DNA from: a virus
Lineage: Duplodnaviria > Heunggongvirae > Uroviricota > Caudoviricetes
DNA length: 64,000 nucleotides
Strand: one strand, 5' to 3'
IMG/VR virus record: IMGVR_UViG_2724679058_000003
Of the stretch, positions 57,046 through 64,000 are shown in pieces. The notes below the pieces were generated by a model. That model did not search any database and had not been told where the DNA came from. It worked only from the letters and a program-made list of their open reading frames with translations. The stretch's first letter is position 1. Each line of letters starts with the position of its first letter. The translations under genes were made by a program, and so were the position numbers.

Positions 57046-57411
57046 TTATGCTGCCTCTTTAATGTTGGCGGCTATCCATGCCGCCGTGTGCTGTTTAACC
57101 TGGTCCAGGTCGATGTATGTGCCAACATATTGACTCAAATCCTGCAAGGTACCGATAAATGCATCGGTGCTCTGATCGACGAATTTATCAGCCAGGAAAT
57201 CAGCAACCAGTTTTGGCACACCATCATGTACCGAAGGTTGTTTTTCCTCGCCACTACTGCCGCCGGACACACCGTACCCCATCTGTTGCATGATCTGGTC
57301 AATTTCATCGCTGATATCCAGCAACTCCATGCCACTCGCGGTAGCCGCTTTGGACATCAGAGCATCCAACTTATCGCTGAGATCCATTAACTCAATAGCT
57401 GATAGTGTCAT
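57046..57411 (-). CDS. ddrA: DdrA-like small acidic protein
   Basis: ORF 121 aa; ATGA overlap with reconstructed darA stop. Confidence 0.45.
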   Translation of the reverse strand: MTLSAIELMDLSDKLDALMSKAATASGMELLDISDEIDQIMQQMGYGVSGGSSGEEKQPSVHDGVPKLVADFLADKFVDQSTDAFIGTLQDLSQYVGTYIDLDQVKQHTAAWIAANIKEAA

Positions 57412-59104
57412 GCCGCTACCCCCGCTTTCTGGATTGCTACCAACAGATCAGCCAGGTGGCGAGCTGCGCCGTTAACCAGCTCTTCGTTTTCCTCAAAACG
57501 TCCGGCAGCCTGAAGGCTGCAATCGCTTCCCGGACATTGCCCCGGGCGTACGGATCTCCGCCATGTCAGTGCTTTGTATATCCATCACGTTATTGAGATA
57601 TTCAATGGCTTTATTAGCCTCTGCATCTGCTTCGCTAACCGTTTCATCAGGCTGTGCCGGGGCCGGTTCTGGCTGAGTAATCTCACCGACTTCGGCCTGC
57701 AATGCATTGATCATGCTCTGCACCATTTTCTCGGTGCCAGCGCCCCCAGGAAACGCAATATTGGGGAAAGTTTTTTTGAAACTGAGTTTTCAGCATTACG
57801 CGGAACTCGTCTGGTGAGCTGGTGGCCAGCTCCAGAGCTTTTTGTGCATATTTGCCAAACGGACCATTAGTAAGTGTCTTCGCCAGGAAGTCGAAAGAAT
57901 CCTCGCGAGGCAATAACTTCAGGTCGTACTCACTCATTTGCTGATCAGAAAGCGGGGTATCGTAAGTAGCAATGCCGTAGCGTGCATATTCATAATACGG
58001 GTCACCTTCATCAGGGCGCGGCAGAATTGCTTTGTTACCTTCAGGTATTGCGCCAGGGGCCGCCGGACGCATTTGCAGGGCATATCGATATGCACCTACA
58101 GAGACTTCTGGTTCAGGCGAAGAGCTACCGGTATCCTCCGCTGGTTCAGGTTCGACGTTTTCCGGTTTATGTTCTTCTGGTTGGACCAGGTATTCCGATA
58201 CATTACCCGCTTTATAGGCTTTAAACAGCTTGCCGATCGCATCTGCCATGTCCACACCCTGTATGGATTTAGCCTTGATCATGTATACGCTGCCATCCGG
58301 ATCGGTTAACTGGATATACCCTTCGCCGCCCCCAATGAATTGCTTCATTGATGCACCATTACTGAGCGTCACTTCCCCGTCCATATGCATACGATTTTTG
58401 ATACTGGCAAGGCGATCCGTCAGCGCGCGAGAGTGCCCACCAGTCATCCCCGCTGGAGCAATGGTACCGCGCCCACCAGTGCGATTGAGCTGATCAATCT
58501 CCGTCTGCAAACGCTCATTCTCTTCATAAAGAGAATCCGCTTCCGATGCAACAGCGTTAATTTTCTGCTCCAGATCTGCCTTCTGCCCTTCTACCGCTGC
58601 CACCTGATCCGCGAGGTCGCTCATGGCATCCTCTTTCTGGTCACTGTCAGCCTGTAGTTGGGTTATTTCATCAACAAGGGCTTTTTTCTTCTTCTGCGCA
58701 CGCTGGAATTTTGCCGAGTTTTTCTCTGCAAGGTTGGCAAGTTTCATGGTGACCTGCGCCAGCGTCATATCACGTCCACTCATCGGAGCAACGGTGTGAG
58801 TAACGTCTTTTTTATTCAGTAAGAACTGGAAAGCAACCAGCGTATCGCTATTGGTGATCCGGTTTTCCGCTGTCGGGCTATGAAACAGAATGCTGATAGT
58901 CTGACCATCACTGAGCGGAATAATGGCTGGCAAGACCGGCAGCCCGTTAACGTTACGTGCCCGGCCAATTTCAGCGCCGCCGATCGCGCGCGCGCCGCTC
59001 TGGGCCACATCCCCCGTTTTATCACTCCCCGCAGAGATTCCGGTACCATTCAGCTTCTGGTTCAATGCCCGGACAAATGCCTGCATGGTCCGGTGTAACT
59101 GCAA
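57408..59104 (-). CDS. darA: DarA-like antirestriction/capsid-associated protein, two frame breaks in homopolymers
   Basis: ORF 57683..59104 continues through ORF 57493..57726 and a third frame to a stop overlapping ATG 57411; breaks at A7 (57773-57779) and C3G4 (57519-57525). Confidence 0.55.
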
Positions 59105-59326
59105 ACGAGTAGAACTAATCGCCTCCAGTAAATCCGTAGCACACCAGTGGATCGGCGTGTCATAGAAGAACGTAGCTCGATTTCCTCCAGGGTGTTGGAT
59201 TCCGTCATCAGATAGCGGTCCTCACCGGCCATTAATGCGCGATATTCATCATCAGTCACTGGCGGGGGAAGCACGTCAAGCCCAGGCTTGATCGTCACCC
59301 CTTTATTGATATTGAACTGTTCCATG

Positions 59327-59938
59327 TTAATTTCCTGCTTTCAGTTGCTTAAGACGGCGTTTGAGTTCGCCATTTCGGGCCTTTTCGTTATTGAGTCGGC
59401 CTGTCTCCTTATCCAGCTTCGCCCGCAAATCAGTGATCTGCTGTTGATTGAAAGACACCGAGTTCTGCGCTGATTTATAAGCGGCAACCACCTGAGCATT
59501 CCGCTGTTTTGCCTCTTGCAGGCGCTGAAAGTTGGATTTTACTGCCGGTTTCTTGTCTACCGGATTGGCAACACGTTTCGCTTTGGCGATCAGTGATTTC
59601 TGGAATTTTGCGGAGTTTTTGCGGGCCGCTTGCCCCATGACGGTACCAAGCGTCTTGATATCCGGCGATTGAGCGTTAGGAATAGCTTTTCCATTCAGCC
59701 TCACAGACGATATATCGCCAGTATCGTTTACCTGTATGGCAAGAATTTGTCCGTCGTTAAGAACCAGCTTTGCGGTTTTAACTTTAACGCCATCTTTCGT
59801 TGTTGCGCGGTTGCTGGAGTCAACCTCAATTACCGTAACACCGGTTTTATTGATCGCCGCGATAAGGGATTTCAGCCCCTTTTCATTAACCTGGTCAAAA
59901 TCGACCGTTGCATACTTATTTTTCGTCATCTGACACAT
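59327..59938 (-). CDS. hdf: Hdf-like protein (paralog of DarA N-terminal region)
   Basis: ORF 203 aa sharing KNSAKFQ-containing region with darA-like protein. Confidence 0.5.
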   Translation of the reverse strand: MCQMTKNKYATVDFDQVNEKGLKSLIAAINKTGVTVIEVDSSNRATTKDGVKVKTAKLVLNDGQILAIQVNDTGDISSVRLNGKAIPNAQSPDIKTLGTVMGQAARKNSAKFQKSLIAKAKRVANPVDKKPAVKSNFQRLQEAKQRNAQVVAAYKSAQNSVSFNQQQITDLRAKLDKETGRLNNEKARNGELKRRLKQLKAGN

Positions 59939-60359
59939 CCTGTGCGAGATTTATTACGTAACTTCTGCGGATTTGCTGAGTAACAGGGAAAATCCGATAC
60001 AACGGGTTAATGAACGAGTCGCCATGCGTAACCATGACGTTGAAATGCCACAGTCGCTCTCCTTTACCCATATATTCAGTGGGTATGTACAACCATTCAC
60101 TGTTTTCGCCCTGTTCAGCCGACGTCAAACAACGTTGTTCGCCTTCAATCACTGTCGTCGGCTTCTGAACATCGCGGATCCAATATCTGACCGTTGCGCC
60201 GCGCAAAAACGGGAATTTAGACCGGTATTTGAACGGCACCCGGATGAAACCCGGTTTAATTTCCACATCACCAAGTTCTAAATGCGTGATGTCCTTGCGT
60301 TTTAGCAAATAGCGATCGGCTAAGGCTAACGCAAGAACGCATACACCCCAGCCAATCAT
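59916..60359 (-). CDS. Putative antiholin/lysis regulator (P1 LydB position)
   Basis: ORF 147 aa, ATGA-coupled to upstream holin-like gene. Confidence 0.45.
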   Translation of the reverse strand: MIGWGVCVLALALADRYLLKRKDITHLELGDVEIKPGFIRVPFKYRSKFPFLRGATVRYWIRDVQKPTTVIEGEQRCLTSAEQGENSEWLYIPTEYMGKGERLWHFNVMVTHGDSFINPLYRIFPVTQQIRRSYVINLAQDVSDDEK

Positions 60360-60607
60360 TTCCCGCCTCCCTTTTTCACCAAACTTGTAAGAACATTCAG
60401 AATGCTATCGATATTCACTCGTTTCATCCCTGAAATCACCTCATGACCGTTATTGCTGGCTATCGTTACCATTAAGTACGTAATTGATAACTCCCAGCCC
60501 TCGTGTTGCCCCAATAGGTACGCCACCGCGCCAGCTGTCACTGCAACAAAGATCTCCGTAACCAATCCCAACAAATTGCCAGACTGCCGACCGTCTCGGA
60601 CATCCAT
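60356..60607 (-). CDS. Holin-like membrane protein (P1 LydA position)
   Basis: ORF 83 aa with two hydrophobic segments. Confidence 0.45.
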   Translation of the reverse strand: MDVRDGRQSGNLLGLVTEIFVAVTAGAVAYLLGQHEGWELSITYLMVTIASNNGHEVISGMKRVNIDSILNVLTSLVKKGGGK

Positions 60608-60758
60608 CAGGAACGTGCTATCCCACCAATTACTGAAAGCAGGAGCGCAATAGCAACTGGAGCTAATTCCTGTGTGTCAAGCACAAGTTCCCTCCTACGT
60701 TGTCAGGAGGTAATGGTATGCAAAGTAACTTCTCAACCGGTTATGTTGCATAAGAGAC

Positions 60759-61022
60759 TTACCTATTCAACCGACTTTTGGAACCTTCAATAATAAGCCT
60801 GCTATTGGCGCTGAAAATAAGAACCATGCAGCTCTGAAGGCTTTCATTCATATCCTTATATTCCGCGAGATACATGCCAATAAAGCCAGCAAGTACGGCG
60901 GAAATACATTCGGCCAGCAATTTCTTGCATGAAGACTCGTAACGGTTTTCACATAGCCCACTCAAATACGAATACACCCCACCAAGAAGGGATAACATCA
61001 CGATATGTACATAAAATGTCAT
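60759..61022 (-). CDS. Second holin-like small membrane protein, AT-rich
   Basis: ORF 87 aa with two hydrophobic helices and charged tail. Confidence 0.4.
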   Translation of the reverse strand: MTFYVHIVMLSLLGGVYSYLSGLCENRYESSCKKLLAECISAVLAGFIGMYLAEYKDMNESLQSCMVLIFSANSRLIIEGSKSRLNR

Positions 61023-61149
61023 TTTTTACCTATACAACAGTAAGTTGAACAACATCTGAGAACGGTATGCACTTTGTGATTTCCACACACACTGGTTTTG
61101 TTAATTAAAACCTGTAGCTTGCAATAAATAACGATAGTGGGCAGAAAAT

Positions 61150-61445
61150 ATGCTAATAGGCTATGTACGCATATAGACAAATGAACAAAACACAGCTATG
61201 CAGTGAAAAGCACTTGAAAGCGCAGGATGTGAGCTAATTTTTGCGAATAAGGCGAGCAGCAAAAAGGCTGGGCACCCTGGGTTAAAAAAGGTTCTGCGTA
61301 TGCTTTCCAGAGGTGATACCCTAGTCTCGGGCTAGGGACAACATTTCGAGGACAGTTTTCATTAGCGGTCAGCAGGCGCTAGATACATCGAATTGATGTG
61401 CCGCGCGATAAATGTACCTATTCTATCAAGATAAATTACACCGAC
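61150..61445 (+). pseudogene. Decayed serine-invertase N-terminal fragment, convergent with cin
   Basis: Translation MLIGYVRI*TNEQNTAMQ*KALESAGCELIF...GLKKVLRMLSRGDTLV... parallels invertase catalytic domain but has multiple in-frame stops. Confidence 0.55.
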
Positions 61446-61457
61446 GCGGCATTAGAA

Positions 61458-62030
61458 TTACAGCTCAGATTGAGTTTGGCGCTTCTCTACAGGATGGTAA
61501 CGATAAATCGTCGATACACCGATATCGTAAATAATTGCCAACTGTTTCCTGCTGTAGCCATTTTCGATCAACCTCGCTATTTGCTCATGTTGTTCTTTTG
61601 TCAACTTCGGGCGACGTCCGCCAATGCGTCCCTGTTCGCGTGCAGCTGCCAGTCCGGCCAGTGTTCTCTCAACAATTAATTCACGTTCCATTTCTGCTAA
61701 AGCCCCCATGACGTGAAAAAAGAAACGCCCCATGGGTGTTGATGTGTCAATACTGTCTGTCAGACTACGGAAATTAACACCTTTTTCCCGCAACTCCTCT
61801 ATAAGCGTGATAAGGTGTTTCATACTTCTGCCAAGCCTATCCAGCTTCCAGACAACCAGCGTATCTCCTTCTGATAACGTTCTGAGCAGCTTTTTCAAGC
61901 CTGGTCTGGCTGACTTTGTTCCGCTTATTTTATCTTCAAAAATCAGTTCACATCCTGCGCAGTTCAGTGCATTTCTTTGTAAATCTGTGTTTTGGTCATT
62001 TGTTGACACACGAATGTAGCCAATTTGCAT
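61458..62030 (-). CDS. cin: Cin DNA invertase (serine recombinase)
   Basis: ORF 61458..62039; IGYIRVSTNDQ, VVWKLDRLGRS, C-terminal HTH; start set at MQIGYIRV. Confidence 0.85.
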   Translation of the reverse strand: MQIGYIRVSTNDQNTDLQRNALNCAGCELIFEDKISGTKSARPGLKKLLRTLSEGDTLVVWKLDRLGRSMKHLITLIEELREKGVNFRSLTDSIDTSTPMGRFFFHVMGALAEMERELIVERTLAGLAAAREQGRIGGRRPKLTKEQHEQIARLIENGYSRKQLAIIYDIGVSTIYRYHPVEKRQTQSEL

Positions 62031-62083
62031 GAAAAACAACCTCTTTGTTTAGTTAAAAATACATCGTTGGTATAGGTAGGGAT

Positions 62084-62109
62084 TAAGACTAAAACGTTGG
62101 TTTGGGGGA
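62084..62109. other. cix-like crossover site at cin-proximal border of the invertible segment
   Basis: Start of ~200-bp inverted repeat TTGGTTTGGGGGAAGGCTCTGCA shared with 63668-63693. Confidence 0.5.
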
Positions 62110-62560
62110 AGGCTCTGCACTGCCTGTTGGTGTGCCCGTTCCGTGGCCCTTAGAAACACCACCAACGGGCTGGCTAAAATGTAACGGAGCAGCATTTTCT
62201 TCTGAAAAGTACCCAAATCTGGCAAAGGTTTACCCAACGTTAAAATTACCTGATTTACGCGGTGAGTTTATCCGTGGTTGGGATGATGGGCGAGGTGTGG
62301 ATGCGGGAAGGGTCATCTTAAGCATACAGGGGTGGTTAACAGGAAGTCATTATCATAATATTCGGTCATGGGACGCGTGGGATAACACGGTATTGGTGCC
62401 AAATGACAGAGGGGGGGATAGTCTGTTGTCGACAGATAACGCCGTCCAAGAAGGAGCGATTAATGGTAAATTTACCAGTCAATACAGAACGGAGTTATCT
62501 GGGGGGAATGAAACCCGCCCACGTAACATTGCCTTCAATTATATTGTGAGAGCAGCATAA
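62102..62560 (+). CDS. Tail-fibre variable C-terminal segment (Sv-prime), silent in current orientation
   Basis: ORF 152 aa; GEGSALPVGVPVPWP ... DLRGEFIRGWDDGRG shared with Sv. Confidence 0.7.
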   Translation: MGEGSALPVGVPVPWPLETPPTGWLKCNGAAFSSEKYPNLAKVYPTLKLPDLRGEFIRGWDDGRGVDAGRVILSIQGWLTGSHYHNIRSWDAWDNTVLVPNDRGGDSLLSTDNAVQEGAINGKFTSQYRTELSGGNETRPRNIAFNYIVRAA

Positions 62561-63171
62561 TGGATAATGCGATATTAAATAGCGAACTTATAGCCATACA
62601 GGCAGGAAACATTATCGTTTATAACTATGATGGTGGTAATCGGGAATATATTTCTGCATCAACTGAATATCTTGCTGTTGGCGTTGGTATTCCGGCACAT
62701 TCTTGTTTGGATGCTCCAGGCTCACATAAAGCAGGTTATGCGATTCTCCGTTCAGAGGATTTAAGTTCATGGGAGTATGTGCCAGATCATCGTGGCGAAA
62801 CTGTCTATAGCATTGACACTGGGAATCCCGAAGAAATCACGGTGTTGGGTGACTATCCGGAAAATACAACCACTATCGCCCCGCTAACACCATACGACAA
62901 ATGGGATGGAGAGAAATGGGTGGTTGATACTGAGGCTCAACATAGTGCAGCTGTAGAGGCAGCAGAAACAAAACGTCAGTCATTGATTGATACTGCGATG
63001 GATTCCATTAGTCTGATTCAGTTGAAATTACGGGCTGGACGGAAGTTGACGCAGGCAGAAACCACGCAGCTTAACTCCGTGCTAGATTATATAGACGAGC
63101 TGAACGCGATGGATTTAACCACGGCACCAGATCTCAACTGGCCTGAAAAACAACTTTCTACAGCCAGTTGA
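62560..63171 (+). CDS. Tail fibre assembly chaperone (U-prime)
   Basis: ORF 203 aa, ATGA-coupled to Sv-prime. Confidence 0.65.
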   Translation: MDNAILNSELIAIQAGNIIVYNYDGGNREYISASTEYLAVGVGIPAHSCLDAPGSHKAGYAILRSEDLSSWEYVPDHRGETVYSIDTGNPEEITVLGDYPENTTTIAPLTPYDKWDGEKWVVDTEAQHSAAVEAAETKRQSLIDTAMDSISLIQLKLRAGRKLTQAETTQLNSVLDYIDELNAMDLTTAPDLNWPEKQLSTAS

Positions 63172-63176
63172 TATAA

Positions 63177-64000
63177 TTAATCCGCCCTCACAATATAATT
63201 AAATGCAATATTACGAGGGCGGGTTTCTAAGCCAGCAGTACCTAAATTAGCTACGGACTGTTTATATGTTTTAAAAGTTCCATAATTAGGGGCTGGCAAT
63301 CCTGCATCGCTTGTGTTCCCCCATCTGATAACTCCCGTATTACCACTAGTAGCCCATGCCTCGTCAAAGTAGAAATTAATTGAGCTGTCAGTTGCTACGG
63401 TTGATTTTGACGGTAATCCGTGAGCATGATCCTCCGTTGCATATCCTTGCTCGCTTAAAATAGAGCGACCTGGATCAATCCCGCGCCCGTCATCCCAGCC
63501 ACGAATGAACTCACCACGTAAATCAGGCAATTTATTTGTCGGGTAAGCCTTTGCCAGTTCCGGGTATTCTTCAGCAGAAAAAGCCGCACCGTTGCATTTC
63601 AGCCAGCCTTTTGGCGGAGTGGCTGAAGGCCACGGAACAGGGACACCAACAGGTAATGCAGAGCCTTCTCCCAAACCAAGGTAATCAAGAACGCTCTGAA
63701 TACTGGTCTTACCAAGAATGGCGCGTCCAACACTTGTCAATGCAGTTAACGCGGCACGATCAACACCTGTGAAATAAGGGAGTTTATCTGCTGCTGTAGC
63801 TAGTGCCGCTAGAGCAGTGAGCGTAGCGTCTGCCGCTTGCTTTCCATTAGCCAAATCATATGCACCTTGACAGCTTTCGGTGTGGCGGCCAGCACTTCGG
63901 ACGTGCTATTGGTAGCACTGCTGAGTTGGACTATCCCTTTTTGAGCCGTGGTTGCATCCTGGGCTGTATACTTCCCGTTAGCCAGGTCATATGCAGCCTT
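63177..64000 (-). CDS. Tail fibre gene S (constant part entering from right edge, fused to Sv inside invertible segment); partial; frame break near 63855-63870
   Basis: ORF 63177..63854 plus upstream frame reading KAAYDLANGKYTAQDATTAQKG...; 5' end lies beyond the window. Confidence 0.65.
63668..63693. other. cix-like crossover site at S-proximal border
   Basis: Inverted copy of 62084-62109 region. Confidence 0.5.

Noticed and set aside
63536-63772. ORF 63536..63772 (+)
   Set aside because: Antisense to the tail-fibre Sv coding region within the inverted repeat; mirror-image artefact.

Overview
This window reads as a near-contiguous 64 kb segment of a bacteriophage P1-like phage-plasmid (Punavirus-type). 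Gene identities are recognised from protein motifs and from remembered P1 biology; no database search was run. Anchors visible directly in the sequence are a canonical 34-bp loxP site (36400-36433) followed by cre, the C1 repressor and coi, phd-doc, humD with a LexA box, pacA (containing the hexamer-repeat pac site) and pacB, a DnaB-family helicase (ban), a fused C5/N6A methyltransferase (dmt), three tRNAs (Asn-GTT, Thr-TGT, Ile/Met-CAT), a darB-like ~2255-codon methyltransferase-helicase, portal and protease genes, SAR endolysin, SSB, a darA-type operon, the cin invertase and an invertible tail-fibre segment. At least ten copies of the 17-bp C1 operator motif ATTGCTCTAATAAATTT (and variants) lie in intergenic regions. 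Features that are not simply backbone: (1) an AT-rich single gene for a PIN-like protein sitting where P1 carries its type III restriction-modification genes; (2) a tandem array of long imperfect hairpin units around the tRNA genes with no ORFs; (3) a decayed serine-invertase remnant convergent with cin; (4) a compact invertible segment with only one tail-fibre chaperone gene; (5) a ~5 kb block of small lambdoid-type accessory genes. Caveat: at least five conserved genes (dmt, a gpV-like baseplate gene, darB, darA, tail fibre S) carry single-nucleotide frame breaks, several in homopolymer runs, so sequencing/assembly indels are likely and all start/stop calls should be treated cautiously.
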